A DNA stretch of 64,000 nucleotides from a bacterium (GTDB lineage Bacteria > Bacteroidota > Bacteroidia > Bacteroidales > FEN-979), in NCBI GenBank assembly GCA_037131065.1, contig JBAXRT010000001.1, positions 391 to 64,390 of the forward strand. Reading direction: 5' to 3'. The first letter of the stretch is position 1. Each line of letters opens with the position of its first letter. Both the position numbers and the translations under genes were made by a program. Below, piece by piece: positions 27,040 through 37,267 of the stretch. Below the pieces are notes generated by a model, which was not told the origin of the DNA, made no database searches, and saw nothing but the letters and a program-made list of their open reading frames with translations.

Positions 27040-27866
27040 TTCCGGCTGGTTTTGCCAAAATAGTAAGCGAGCGAGAGGGCGGGAGTGAAGCCCAGGACGG
27101 GCTGGTAACCACTGGAGAGATCAAGTTCCAGTCGTCCGAAGATCAGGCCGAATCCGAAAGTAAAGGTGGTGGGATTGGTGGCGATGCCGATCCTCGCTGC
27201 AACGGGGGTGCAGAACCTGTATTCGGCTCCGGCTTTGAACACCGGTCTGTTGACCAGGTCTTTCTCCAGTTCGATGAGCGCGAGAAAAGTAGTGGAGAAG
27301 GTATAGGAAAGTCCGAACCGGATTAGTGTGGGCAGGTACTCCCTGGGATTTGTCGTTAACAAGATCGGAACGGGATTGATCACCTGTAACCCAACGCTAA
27401 GACTGCGGGTTGCTTTGTAAAAAAGACCCACTTCAAACGAGACCAGGTTTTTGGTTCCATACCCTTCACCCACCTGGATCCTCAGGTAGTCAAGCTGAAC
27501 GGCCGCTGCAAACGATTTTCCGAACTTCCTTGAAAAACTGATCCCGGCTTTGATCTCGCTGAAGCTGCCTGAGCCGAAATGGCTGGCGATAATTCCGATG
27601 TTCCCCGGTCTGAGCGGGATCGTTACTCCAATGATTTTGTACGAGAGTTCTTTGATCAGGTAGCGGTTCTCCACGCTGATCCCGGATCCGAAGTTTGTGG
27701 CAAAGCCATTGGCCGCCTGGTTGTTGTAAACCGACCAGAAATCAGTGATGCCGACGCAGGCCCTCCCCATGGACAACGATCTGCCCCCGGCAGGGAAGAA
27801 CTCCCCGGCCGGTTTTGCCATCAAAGGAAGAACCAGGGGAATCAACAATAAAAAACATCTTCGCAT
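27036..27866 (-). CDS. Outer-membrane beta-barrel-like protein (PorQ/PorV/FadL-like N-terminal motif)
   Basis: Signal peptide, then FFPAGGRSLSMGRACVG…NNQAANG, resembling the xARxxxMGGA…NPA motif of PorQ/PorV-type barrels. Its stop overlaps the downstream start in an ATGA. Confidence 0.45.
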   Translation of the reverse strand: MRRCFLLLIPLVLPLMAKPAGEFFPAGGRSLSMGRACVGITDFWSVYNNQAANGFATNFGSGISVENRYLIKELSYKIIGVTIPLRPGNIGIIASHFGSGSFSEIKAGISFSRKFGKSFAAAVQLDYLRIQVGEGYGTKNLVSFEVGLFYKATRSLSVGLQVINPVPILLTTNPREYLPTLIRFGLSYTFSTTFLALIELEKDLVNRPVFKAGAEYRFCTPVAARIGIATNPTTFTFGFGLIFGRLELDLSSGYQPVLGFTPALSLAYYFGKTSRK

Positions 27867-27938
27867 ATGCTTTTTATTGCTTAATCCGTTTTATGGGGAA
27901 AAGGTGATACTTGAATCTTAAGTAGTTTTTGTTTTTTG

Positions 27939-27946
27939 TATTTTTG
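27939..27946 (+). promoter_or_regulatory. -7 box TATTTTTG for the DUF2461 gene
   Basis: TAnnTTTG match, 16 nt upstream of the ATG at 27963. Confidence 0.5.
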
Positions 27947-27962
27947 ATAAAAACCAAATCAT

Positions 27963-28625
27963 ATGATCACAACTGTCCTGCCATTCCTTGACGACCTGGT
28001 GAAGAACAACAACAGGGAATGGTTTCAGAAAAATAAACCACGCTACGAACAGGCAAAAAAGGATTTCGAATCGTTCCTTGGACTTGTCATCCCGGCCGTG
28101 GCGAAGCTCGATCCCAGTGTAAAGTTCATTGAACCGAAAGATTGCCTCTTCAGGATCTACCGCGACGTCCGCTTTTCAAAGGATAAGTCTCCCTACAAGA
28201 CCAATTTCGGTGCTTTCATTGCCAAGGGCGGTCATAAAAGTCACGGACCGGGGTATTATATCCATCTGCAACCCGGCGGAGGATCTTTTCTTGCCGGCGG
28301 GATTTATATGCCTGAACCGGATATGATGAAAAAAATCAGGCAGGAGATCTATTACAATGTCGATGAACTAAAATCGATCCTGAAGGCAAAGGCGTTTAAA
28401 AAATATTTTGACGGGATCGATGACTGGGATAAACAGAAACTGCCTCCGCGGGAATTTCCGAAGGATTTTCCCGACATTGACCTTTTGAAGAACCGAAGCT
28501 TCACGGTCTCATCACCAATGACCGACAAGATGATCATGAGCGCCAAACTGTTCGACAATGTCCTGTCTGCCTTCAAAGCCATACAGCAATACAACTCATT
28601 CCTGAAAAGGGCAGTGGAAGGGTAG
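27963..28625 (+). CDS. DUF2461/TIGR02453-family protein
   Basis: FLDDLVKNNNREWFQKNKPRYEQAKKDFE is a characteristic N-terminus for this family. Confidence 0.8.
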   Translation: MITTVLPFLDDLVKNNNREWFQKNKPRYEQAKKDFESFLGLVIPAVAKLDPSVKFIEPKDCLFRIYRDVRFSKDKSPYKTNFGAFIAKGGHKSHGPGYYIHLQPGGGSFLAGGIYMPEPDMMKKIRQEIYYNVDELKSILKAKAFKKYFDGIDDWDKQKLPPREFPKDFPDIDLLKNRSFTVSSPMTDKMIMSAKLFDNVLSAFKAIQQYNSFLKRAVEG

Positions 28626-28632
28626 ATTTAAT

Positions 28633-28704
28633 TTCGTGATGGTCGAGATGTCCGTGATGGTCGATACGAACATTTCGAACATCTCGATCGTGACGATCAT
28701 TACG
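28633..28704. repeat. Nonamer-period tandem tract (about 8 units: TTCGTGATG GTCGAGATG TCCGTGATG GTCGATACG AACATTTCG AACATCTCG ATCGTGACG ATCATTACG)
   Basis: Read directly. CGTGATGGTCGA occurs twice, 18 bp apart. The reverse strand contains CGTCAC. The tract fills the convergent gap between the DUF2461 gene and psd. Confidence 0.75.
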
Positions 28705-28707
28705 CCT

Positions 28708-29364
28708 TCAGAATCTCCCGATCACGGTCTGTTTCCCTATGACCTTCTGGTTCAGGGTGACTTCGAGTTTGGTGCCGACTGGTAGAAGGAGGTCAACGCG
28801 GGAACCGAATTTGATGAAACCGAGCTCTTCGCCCTGGGTGACGGGTTCCCCGACTTTCGGATAACATTTAATGCGGCGGGCAACTGCGCCGGCAATCTGG
28901 CGGATCAGCACCGTTTGCTTGTTTGGCGTCTGGATCACCGTAGTGGCCCTCTCGTTTTCAAGTGATGCTTTCGGGTTGAATGCCACCATGTGCTTCCCGG
29001 GATGATAGTAGTAGTACTTGATCTCGCCATGGACCGGGAACCAGTTCACATGAACGTTCGTGGCTGACATAAAGATCGAGACCTGGATGCGTTCATCCTT
29101 GAAGTATTCCGGTTCGATCGTTTTTTCAATCACCACGATCTTGCCGTCGGCCGGACACAGGATGACATTCTCCCCGCCGTTCGTCTCGCGGTGGGGCGAC
29201 CGGAAAAACCGGATGATCATGATGAAAAACCAGATCGCCAGGGTATAAAGGGTGTAATGGATCCAGGAATGTTCAGGAAAGATATGGTTGAAGCCAAGGA
29301 GTAAGGCTGCTTCGAAGAGGAAAACGATGATAATGGTCTTAAATCCTTCCCGGTGTATGGTCAT
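28708..29364 (-). CDS. psd: Phosphatidylserine decarboxylase proenzyme
   Basis: Two N-terminal TM helices and the C-terminal GEELGFIKFGSRVDLLLP self-cleavage-type region. Adjacent to cdsA. Confidence 0.9.
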   Translation of the reverse strand: MTIHREGFKTIIIVFLFEAALLLGFNHIFPEHSWIHYTLYTLAIWFFIMIIRFFRSPHRETNGGENVILCPADGKIVVIEKTIEPEYFKDERIQVSIFMSATNVHVNWFPVHGEIKYYYYHPGKHMVAFNPKASLENERATTVIQTPNKQTVLIRQIAGAVARRIKCYPKVGEPVTQGEELGFIKFGSRVDLLLPVGTKLEVTLNQKVIGKQTVIGRF

Positions 29365-29370
29365 CCTGTT

Positions 29371-30216
29371 TCAGATTGCGTTGCGCAAAAATAAATATAA
29401 AAATACAAACGGTGCAGAAATTAAAATGGTGTCGAACCGGTCGAGGATCCCCCCGTGTCCGGGCAGAATCGTGCCGGAATCCTTGATGTTGAGGCTTCTC
29501 TTGAACAACGATTCGACAAGGTCGCCCAGCGTCCCGAAAACCAGCACCAGGATTGTAATGGCGAACCAGTCGGCCATTTGTACCTCCGGGACCAGGAAGG
29601 AGAAGCCCAGGGCGGTAAGCAGCGCTACGACGGCGCCGGCAATGGTCCCTTCCCAAGTCTTTTTCGGGGATATCCGTTCAAAGAGCTTATGCTTCCCGTA
29701 TTGCTTTCCGTAAAGGTAAGCTCCGGTATCGTAAAACCAGGTCAGAATGAAATAACCGGTGAGGATAGCCGGAAAACCAAGGAAATGAACCTTATCCGGC
29801 CCGTTCATCAGGTTCAGCAGCGAAAAAGGCAGTGCGATATAAAGGATTCCCAGGTTGGTCATCGCAACATTTACCAGCGGGGTGCTTTTTTTTCGGTAGA
29901 TTTCAAAAATAAAAGTGAGGAAAAACAGGGGCAACGGAAAGATGAATGGAAGCAGGTTGATCCAGCCACGTGAAAAAGTGAAACTGACAAAATGAATCCA
30001 GACAATGCAAAGGTACAGGAGCGCTCCGGCGATGGTCCCGTAATACCGCTGGGGAGAGCAGCTTTCGGAAGAGATAAGCTGGTAGAATTCCCATAATCCG
30101 GCTACCGTGATCACAAAAAATATTCCTGCAACAAGCCCGTCATTCAGGTACAATGCAGCAAAGAGAATAAATACCATGGATAGACCGGTAATGGTCCTTG
30201 CCCAGAAATTATTCAT
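29371..30216 (-). CDS. cdsA: Phosphatidate cytidylyltransferase
   Basis: Signature SLFKRSLNIKDSGTILPGHGGILDRFDT; polytopic. Confidence 0.9.
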   Translation of the reverse strand: MNNFWARTITGLSMVFILFAALYLNDGLVAGIFFVITVAGLWEFYQLISSESCSPQRYYGTIAGALLYLCIVWIHFVSFTFSRGWINLLPFIFPLPLFFLTFIFEIYRKKSTPLVNVAMTNLGILYIALPFSLLNLMNGPDKVHFLGFPAILTGYFILTWFYDTGAYLYGKQYGKHKLFERISPKKTWEGTIAGAVVALLTALGFSFLVPEVQMADWFAITILVLVFGTLGDLVESLFKRSLNIKDSGTILPGHGGILDRFDTILISAPFVFLYLFLRNAI

Positions 30217-30448
30217 TGGATTGAAATCGGTTGACGATTATTTTTGCCTTTAGGATATCATCCCTTTTTACATGAACTTCAATATCGCCGAAACTCAGGT
30301 ATGAGGAGTCCTGCTTATTGATAACGATTGCCGGGATTTCTTCTGCTTCAAGCAGATCTTTCAGCATCTCTGCCTGGTACAACTGGGAGGTGCTGAATGC
30401 AGATTCCCAGTGTTCTTTATCGGGGTCACTTATCGAACGTAGCATCAT
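30209..30448 (-). CDS. Small DUF2007-like protein (putative signal-transducing fold)
   Basis: 79 aa with the pattern …LYQAEMLKDLLEAEEIPAIVINKQDSS…, as in DUF2007 (recognised from memory). Confidence 0.55.
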   Translation of the reverse strand: MMLRSISDPDKEHWESAFSTSQLYQAEMLKDLLEAEEIPAIVINKQDSSYLSFGDIEVHVKRDDILKAKIIVNRFQSNE

Positions 30449-31079
30449 CGATCAGGAATACATAAAATTCCTTTGGTCCATGGGCGCCCATAACGATCGT
30501 CTTTTCAATATCGGCGGTTCTGCTCGGGCCGGTGATCAAAGATATCATAGAGGGGAATTGATCCTGGTACTTTTTTCTGACATTCTGAAGCGCCTGCTTC
30601 AGGTCAGGGACAAGCTGAGAGATAAAACCAACAACCAGGTGGATTTCGGGATAAACCACGATCTTGCGGCCGGGGTTCATCTTTGTGGAGACCATCACGG
30701 ATCCGGTCCTTGCGATAAGATACTCGCAGCCGGTAATCCCGATCCGGGCATCCAGGATATTGGCATGATCCGATTCAAATGGAATGCCTGCCAAACGGAG
30801 CAGTTGTTGGATTGCAGGGTCTCCGCAGAAAAGCAACGGCCAGTCCTTTTCGAGAATAAATGATTTTAGTATGCCAAGGAATTCATCATTGCTTTCACAG
30901 TAGACAAATTTTCCTGAGATTTTGATCAGCTCCTGTGCAAAGGCGACATCCAGTGGCTCGGTCATCCCGGTATAGATCGGCGATTCCTGGTCGAGAACAG
31001 GATATGGAGGACCCGTCTTTTCAATCAGGGCATCCCTTACCTTTTTCAGGACCTTTTCTCGCGAAGTGCTCTCTTCCAT
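30426..31079 (-). CDS. LUD-domain protein (LutC/YkgG-like)
   Basis: Size and motifs of the LutC-like family (…ITGCEYLIARTGSVMVS…IVVYPEIHLVV…GPSRTADIE). Confidence 0.7.
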   Translation of the reverse strand: MEESTSREKVLKKVRDALIEKTGPPYPVLDQESPIYTGMTEPLDVAFAQELIKISGKFVYCESNDEFLGILKSFILEKDWPLLFCGDPAIQQLLRLAGIPFESDHANILDARIGITGCEYLIARTGSVMVSTKMNPGRKIVVYPEIHLVVGFISQLVPDLKQALQNVRKKYQDQFPSMISLITGPSRTADIEKTIVMGAHGPKEFYVFLIDDATFDK

Positions 31080-31089
31080 GAGGGGAGGA

Positions 31090-33210
31090 TCAGTTAGATT
31101 CTTTTCCGGGAGATAGCTCCGGTTGTTCTTTTACTTGTTCTTCAATGGGAGTTGCAGGAGGTTGGGTTGACTCAGGGCGGTGGGCAGTTCCCGAGAGGTA
31201 TTTTTTATCCTCTTCCTTATCCCATGGCCGTTTTCCGAAGATGGTCTCCAGGTCTTCCCTGAAGATGACTTCGCGCTCCAGGAGGAGGTTTGCCAGTTTT
31301 TCCAGCTTCTCTTTGTTTTCCAGGATGATCTTCTTAGCCCGGAGGTATGCCGATTCTATGATCTCCCTCACCTCGTGGTCGATCACCTCAGCGGTTTTTT
31401 CACTGTATGGCTTCTGGAATGCAAACTCATTCTGGCCGGAGGAATCGTAATAGCTTATATTCCCGATCTCCTTGTTGAGGCCGAAGTAAACCACCATGGC
31501 AAAGGCTTGTTTGGTCACCTTTTCCAGGTCGTTCAGTGCGCCGGTTGAAACTTTATCGAAATAGACCTCCTCAGATGCTCTTCCTGCAACGGCAGCGGTA
31601 ATTTCATCATACATTTGTTCATAGGTCGTTATCTGACGTTCTTCCGGCAGGTACCAGGCAGCACCCAGGGCTTTGCCGCGAGGAACGATCGTGACTTTCA
31701 CCAGCGGATGGGCATGTTCAAGCAGCCAGCTAACGGCGGCATGGCCTGATTCATGGTAAGCGATCACCTTCTTTTCGTGGGCTGAAATGATCTTGTTCCT
31801 TTTTTCCAGTCCGCCGATGATCCGGTCGATGGCATCCAGGAAATCCTGTTTCCCGATGATAATTTTGTTCTTCCGGGCAGCGATGAGGGCAGATTCATTG
31901 CAAACATTGGCAATGTCAGCGCCTGAAAAGCCGGGGGTCTGACGTGCCAGGAAATCGACATCCACCTGGTCATCCAGTTTTAAAGGTTTGATATGTACCT
32001 TAAAGATCGCCTTGCGCTCCTCAAGGTCCGGAAGTTCAATATAGATCTGGCGGTCGAACCGTCCTGCCCGCATAAGGGCCCGGTCGAGGATATCTGCACG
32101 GTTGGTTGCCGCCAGGATGATCACTCCGGCGTTGGTGCCGAATCCGTCCATCTCGGTGAGGAGCTGGTTCAGCGTGTTCTCACGTTCGTCGTTGGCGCCT
32201 GTGATGGCATTTCTGCCACGTGCGCGGCCAATGGCATCGATCTCATCGATGAAGATGATACACGGAGCCTTCTCCTTTGCCTGGCGGAAGAGGTCCCTCA
32301 CACGGGATGCACCTACGCCGACAAACATCTCAACGAAATCGGAACCCGATATTGAAAAGAAGGGAACTTTTGCTTCACCGGCAACTGCCTTGGCAAGCAA
32401 AGTCTTACCGGTCCCCGGGGGACCTACCAGGAGGGCTCCTTTCGGTATCTTCCCTCCAAGGTTGGTGTATTTCGAAGGATTCTTAAGGAAGTCGACTATC
32501 TCCATCACCTCAACTTTCGCCTCCTCCAGTCCCGCCACATCATTGAAGTTGATGCTGACGCTGGTATCCTTGTCAAACAAAGTGGCCTTCGATTTTCCAA
32601 TGTTGAAGATCTGGGATCCTCCGCCGCCACCGCCCCGGCTCATGAAACGCATGATCAGGAACCATACGCCGACCAGGATGATGATTGGCAGAAGGTAACT
32701 GAAAATATCTCCGAAAATATCTTTTCTTGTATCTGTCGACGGGGGGTAGGGGTACTGTTTTTTAAATTCTGTGATCTGTAACGCCGGAACGCTGTCGCGT
32801 TTCATCCTTGCCAGCACGCTGTCACGTGCATCCTTAAGCAAGCCGTGAAAGATCTCTTCAGAACCGATCTGGTAAAAAAACTGCGGACTGCTTCCGGAGG
32901 ATGAACCGAAATTTTTCTTCCTGAAATCCTTGAAAGCGGTATCCGACTGTATTTTGTCTTTCTTGATGTAAATTTCCGCCTTCTCCTTGTTGATGATCAC
33001 GATCTTTTCAACATCCTGGTTCGAAAGCATCTCCTCCAGGCGCGGCCAGTTGGTCTCTTTTACAGGGTTGGAATAGTTGAAATACTGGATCGCAATGAAC
33101 ACGATGGCAAGTATTGCATAGATCCAGTAAAAACTGAATTTCGGCCGCTTGCCCTTCGGTGAAATGAAGTTAGGAGAAAAGTTACTCTTTTTCTTATCTT
33201 TTTCTGCCAT
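31090..33210 (-). CDS. ftsH: ATP-dependent zinc metalloprotease FtsH
   Basis: Two TM helices, Walker A GPPGTGKT, Walker [12 protein letters not shown] region, zinc motif HESGHA. Confidence 0.97.
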   Translation of the reverse strand: MAEKDKKKSNFSPNFISPKGKRPKFSFYWIYAILAIVFIAIQYFNYSNPVKETNWPRLEEMLSNQDVEKIVIINKEKAEIYIKKDKIQSDTAFKDFRKKNFGSSSGSSPQFFYQIGSEEIFHGLLKDARDSVLARMKRDSVPALQITEFKKQYPYPPSTDTRKDIFGDIFSYLLPIIILVGVWFLIMRFMSRGGGGGGSQIFNIGKSKATLFDKDTSVSINFNDVAGLEEAKVEVMEIVDFLKNPSKYTNLGGKIPKGALLVGPPGTGKTLLAKAVAGEAKVPFFSISGSDFVEMFVGVGASRVRDLFRQAKEKAPCIIFIDEIDAIGRARGRNAITGANDERENTLNQLLTEMDGFGTNAGVIILAATNRADILDRALMRAGRFDRQIYIELPDLEERKAIFKVHIKPLKLDDQVDVDFLARQTPGFSGADIANVCNESALIAARKNKIIIGKQDFLDAIDRIIGGLEKRNKIISAHEKKVIAYHESGHAAVSWLLEHAHPLVKVTIVPRGKALGAAWYLPEERQITTYEQMYDEITAAVAGRASEEVYFDKVSTGALNDLEKVTKQAFAMVVYFGLNKEIGNISYYDSSGQNEFAFQKPYSEKTAEVIDHEVREIIESAYLRAKKIILENKEKLEKLANLLLEREVIFREDLETIFGKRPWDKEEDKKYLSGTAHRPESTQPPATPIEEQVKEQPELSPGKESN

Positions 33211-33242
33211 TCTGTCTGGTTACAAATTGTTAGCGGGTCTGA

Positions 33243-33620
33243 TTAATCCTGAAGGTTCATCTTCGTGATCTCTGCATCTGCCCATAATTGCTCAAGATTA
33301 TAGAATTTCCTGCGCTCTTCCTGGAAGATGTGTACCACGACGTCGCTGTAGTCGATCAAAATCCATTCCGCATTTTCAAAACCCTCCTTGTGCCAGGGAT
33401 TCAACCCTGTATTTTTCTTCACTTCACCAATCACATGGTCGGCCAGGGCCTCAACCTGTGTCCTGGAAGTGCCATGACAGATCACGAAGGCATCAGAGAT
33501 CGTCCCGGGGAGTTTGGTAAAATCAAGAATGACCCCTTGCTTTCCTTTTTTATCAGCCATGGCATGGCTGACAGTTTCGATCAGGATTTCGCGCGGCCCT
33601 TTTTTTGGTTTCCTTGGCAT
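33243..33620 (-). CDS. rsfS: Ribosome silencing factor
   Basis: Iojap/RsfS-like: …DFVICHGTSRTQVEALADHV…WILIDYSDVVVHIF…. Confidence 0.85.
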   Translation of the reverse strand: MPRKPKKGPREILIETVSHAMADKKGKQGVILDFTKLPGTISDAFVICHGTSRTQVEALADHVIGEVKKNTGLNPWHKEGFENAEWILIDYSDVVVHIFQEERRKFYNLEQLWADAEITKMNLQD

Positions 33621-33667
33621 CTGGTAATTCAGGATTAACTGACAAAATTAGTAAAATAACCGACTGC

Positions 33668-34378
33668 TCAGAAATTAGGTTTGAGGGCATAATCCTTGTA
33701 GAATTCCGAGATGTGCTTTACCGCCTCTTCAGCAGTATCCACCGTTGTAAAAATCTCAAGATCTTCCCTGATGATGTTCTTCTCTTCCAGAAGCGTCGTA
33801 TTGATCCATTCAATGAGTCCTTTCCAGTAATCTTTTACAACCAGGACAATGGGAAACCTTACAAGCTTATGGGTCTGGATCAGGGTGATGGCCTCGGTGA
33901 GTTCATCCAGTGTTCCGAACCCTCCCGGTAAGGCGATGAAACCCATGGAATAGCGCATGAACATCGTCTTCCTGACATAGAAATAATCGAAGTTGATCAG
34001 TTTGTTCCTGTCGATGAAGGGATTTGGATTTTGTTCAAAGGGTAGGTTGATGTTCAGACCCACTGACTTGCCTCCTGCAAAATGGGCTCCCTTGTTGGCT
34101 GCCTCCATGATGCCGGGTCCGCCGCCCGTGATGATCCCGAACCCGGCCTTCGTGAGCAGGTACGCAACCTCTTCCGTAAGTTTGTAATATTTGTGACCCT
34201 CTCTCGTCCTGGCCGATCCGAAGATGGAGACACAGGGTCCGATCTTGCTCAGCTTCTCGAAACCTTCAACCATCTCCGACATCACCTTGAAGATTTCCCA
34301 GGTATCATAACTGATGGTTTCCGACCATGTTTTTGGCTGGAATGACTCTTTCAGCTTTTCTATTTCTTTAGTATCCAT
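33668..34378 (-). CDS. LOG-family (TIGR00730) nucleotide phosphoribohydrolase-like protein
   Basis: GGGPGIMEA and PGGFGTLDEL motifs. Confidence 0.85.
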   Translation of the reverse strand: MDTKEIEKLKESFQPKTWSETISYDTWEIFKVMSEMVEGFEKLSKIGPCVSIFGSARTREGHKYYKLTEEVAYLLTKAGFGIITGGGPGIMEAANKGAHFAGGKSVGLNINLPFEQNPNPFIDRNKLINFDYFYVRKTMFMRYSMGFIALPGGFGTLDELTEAITLIQTHKLVRFPIVLVVKDYWKGLIEWINTTLLEEKNIIREDLEIFTTVDTAEEAVKHISEFYKDYALKPNF

Positions 34379-34417
34379 AGTTGAATTACTGTGAAATCAA
34401 AGGTAAAAAATCTTCTG

Positions 34418-37258
34418 TTAAACTGACCGGAGAACATTTTTGAGGTATTGGGCTGTGAAACTTGTCTCGCAATGGCGGGTTATCTCCTCAGGCGTTCCCT
34501 GGCAGATGATCATTCCACCCTTTTCGCCCCCTTCAGGCCCCAAATCAATGATGTGATCGGCCATTTTGATTACCTCCATGTTGTGCTCAATCACGAGCAC
34601 CGTATTCCCTTTGGCTACCAGGATATTCAGGACACAGAGGAGTACCTTGACATCCTCGAAATGAAGCCCGGTCGTCGGTTCATCCAGGATGTAAAGGGTA
34701 TTGCCGGTATCCGTTTTCGATAGTTCGGATGCCAGTTTTACTCGTTGCGCCTCACCACCTGAAAGTGTATTGGATTGCTGACCCAATGTGATGTACCCCA
34801 GGCCAACATCGTTGAGGGTCCTGATCTTGTGAACGATCATCGGGATGTTCTCAAAGAACTCAACTGCCTGTTCGATTGTGAGATTAAGAACATCGTTGAT
34901 CGACTTGCCCTTGTACCTTACCTCCAGTGTCTCCCGGTTATACCGGTGGCCATGGCAGCTTTCACAAAGGACATAGACATCCGGCAGAAAATTCATCTCG
35001 ATCACCCTGAGCCCGGCACCCTTGCAGGTTTCACAGCGGCCTCCCTTAACATTGAAGGAGAAGCGGCCGGGCTGGTAGCCACGGATCTTTGATTCGGGCA
35101 GCGAAGCAAAGAGTTTCCTGATCTCATCAAACACCTTGGTATAGGTTGCAGGATTCGAGCGGGGAGTCCGGCCGATGGGCGATTGGTCGATCTCGATTAC
35201 TTTGTCGAGGTTCCTGATTCCTTCAAAGGAGCCATAAGGAAGGGGTTTTACCTCCGATTTGTAGAAATGATTGCTGAGGATAGGGTAGAGGGTTTCGTTG
35301 ATCAGTGAAGATTTTCCGCTTCCTGAAAGTCCTGTGATACAGATCAGTTTCCCAAGGGGTAGGACCAGGTCCACATTTTTCAGGTTGTTACCTGTAGCCC
35401 CTTTCAGCACAACCTGTTTCCCATTCCCCTCCCTTCGGACTTTCGGAACGGCGATCTTTCTTTTTCCGCTGAGGTATTGACCTGTCAGCTGGTCCGACTG
35501 CATGATCTTTTCGGGTGGTCCCTGGGCAACGATCCTCCCGCCATGTATCCCGGCGCCGGGACCTATGTCGATTACATAATCGGAGGCCAGTATCGTCTCC
35601 TGGTCATGCTCCACGACGATCACGGAGTTCCCAGCATCCCGCAGGCTCTTCAGGGCCCTTATCAACCTGAGTTTGTCATGCTGATGAAGCCCGATGCTCG
35701 GCTCGTCGAGGATATAGAGCACACCCACAAGCTGGGAACCGATCTGGGTTGCGAGACGTATCCGCTGACTTTCACCCCCCGACAAACTTCTGGCTGTGCG
35801 GTTCAGGGTAAGATAGCCGATCCCGACATCAAGCAGGAACTGGATCCGGTTCCTGATCTCCCTGATGATCTCGAAGGCGATGGTTTTTTGTCTCTGGTCC
35901 AGGCGTTCAGGCAGCTTCTCAAACCAGGCAGAAAGTTTGACCAGGTCCATGTTTGCCAGTTCTGCAATGTTTTTTTCGTCGATCCGGAAAAAGAGCGACT
36001 CTTTTTTAAGCCGGTTCCCTAAGCAGTCGGGGCACACCAGCTTGTTCATGAAGCTGCCCACCCATTTCATGATTCCGGCCGGTGCTGCTTCGGCATGCTG
36101 AGAATTGATGAAGCTTACGATCCCTTCAAAATTAAGTGCATAGGTGGAGGTGATCCCCAGGTAATCATTCTTCACCCGGAACACCTCGTCGGATCCGTAA
36201 AGGATCACATTGATCGCCTGGTCGGGAATCTCCCCGATGGGGGTGTTCAGGTCGAAATGGTATTTCTCACCGATGGCCTCCATCTGTTTGAAGATCCAGC
36301 TGTTTTTATACTCCCCAAGGGGAACGATCCCGCCTTTCCTGATACTTTTCGACCTGTCGGGGATGATCTTATTGATATCGATCTCCGAGATCGTGCCCAG
36401 CCCGTTGCATTTAGGGCATGCGCCGTAAGGTGAATTGAAGGAAAAACTGTTTGGTTCGGGTTCTTCATAAGATAAACCGGAAGAAGGACACATCAGGAGC
36501 CTGCTGTAATGGCGGGGTTTATCCTCCTCCTCCCCAAGTACCATCAGCGTCCCTTTCCCATGCCGCATGGCAAGGTTGATCGACTGGGTAAGGCGATTGC
36601 GTGATTCGGTTTTTACGGCTACCTGGTCAACCACAATCTCAATATCATGGACTTTATAGCGGTCGAGTTGCAGACCGTGGCTTATCTCACGGATCTCGCC
36701 GTCGATCCGCACATTCAGGAAGCCCTGCTTGCGGACCTGTTCGAACAGTTCCCTGTAATGACCCTTTCTGCCTTTCACTACCGGGGCGAGGATAAAGAGA
36801 ACAATCCCGGGAAACTGGCTGAAGACAAGGTCGGTGATCTGTTGTTCGGTGTAACGAACCATCTTCTCACCGGTTTCGTATGAAAATGCCTCGGCGACCC
36901 TTGCATACAGGAGTCGCATAAAGTCGTAAACCTCGGTGATGGTTCCTACCGTTGAGCGCGGATTCCTGCCCGTAGATTTCTGTTCGATGGAGATCACGGG
37001 ACTCAGTCCGCTGATCTTGTCAACATCCGGGCGTTCCAGATTCCCGATGAACTGGCGGGCATAAGCGGAGAAGGTCTCCATGTAACGCCGCTGTCCCTCC
37101 GCATAGATCGTGTCGAAGGCAAGGGAAGATTTACCGCTGCCGCTGAGCCCGGTAAAAACGACCAGCTTGTTGCGGGGAATGGTGAGTTCGAAATTTTTCA
37201 GATTGTGAACCCTGGCACCATAAACTTCAAGATTCTCTTCCACAGCAGGTAAGGGCAT
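34418..37258 (-). CDS. uvrA: Excinuclease ABC subunit A
   Basis: Two ABC modules (GLSGSGKSS twice; LSGGESQR / LSGGEAQR) and zinc-finger Cys pairs (CPKCNG, CETCKG). Confidence 0.97.
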   Translation of the reverse strand: MPLPAVEENLEVYGARVHNLKNFELTIPRNKLVVFTGLSGSGKSSLAFDTIYAEGQRRYMETFSAYARQFIGNLERPDVDKISGLSPVISIEQKSTGRNPRSTVGTITEVYDFMRLLYARVAEAFSYETGEKMVRYTEQQITDLVFSQFPGIVLFILAPVVKGRKGHYRELFEQVRKQGFLNVRIDGEIREISHGLQLDRYKVHDIEIVVDQVAVKTESRNRLTQSINLAMRHGKGTLMVLGEEEDKPRHYSRLLMCPSSGLSYEEPEPNSFSFNSPYGACPKCNGLGTISEIDINKIIPDRSKSIRKGGIVPLGEYKNSWIFKQMEAIGEKYHFDLNTPIGEIPDQAINVILYGSDEVFRVKNDYLGITSTYALNFEGIVSFINSQHAEAAPAGIMKWVGSFMNKLVCPDCLGNRLKKESLFFRIDEKNIAELANMDLVKLSAWFEKLPERLDQRQKTIAFEIIREIRNRIQFLLDVGIGYLTLNRTARSLSGGESQRIRLATQIGSQLVGVLYILDEPSIGLHQHDKLRLIRALKSLRDAGNSVIVVEHDQETILASDYVIDIGPGAGIHGGRIVAQGPPEKIMQSDQLTGQYLSGKRKIAVPKVRREGNGKQVVLKGATGNNLKNVDLVLPLGKLICITGLSGSGKSSLINETLYPILSNHFYKSEVKPLPYGSFEGIRNLDKVIEIDQSPIGRTPRSNPATYTKVFDEIRKLFASLPESKIRGYQPGRFSFNVKGGRCETCKGAGLRVIEMNFLPDVYVLCESCHGHRYNRETLEVRYKGKSINDVLNLTIEQAVEFFENIPMIVHKIRTLNDVGLGYITLGQQSNTLSGGEAQRVKLASELSKTDTGNTLYILDEPTTGLHFEDVKVLLCVLNILVAKGNTVLVIEHNMEVIKMADHIIDLGPEGGEKGGMIICQGTPEEITRHCETSFTAQYLKNVLRSV

Positions 37259-37267
37259 TGGCAGTAG

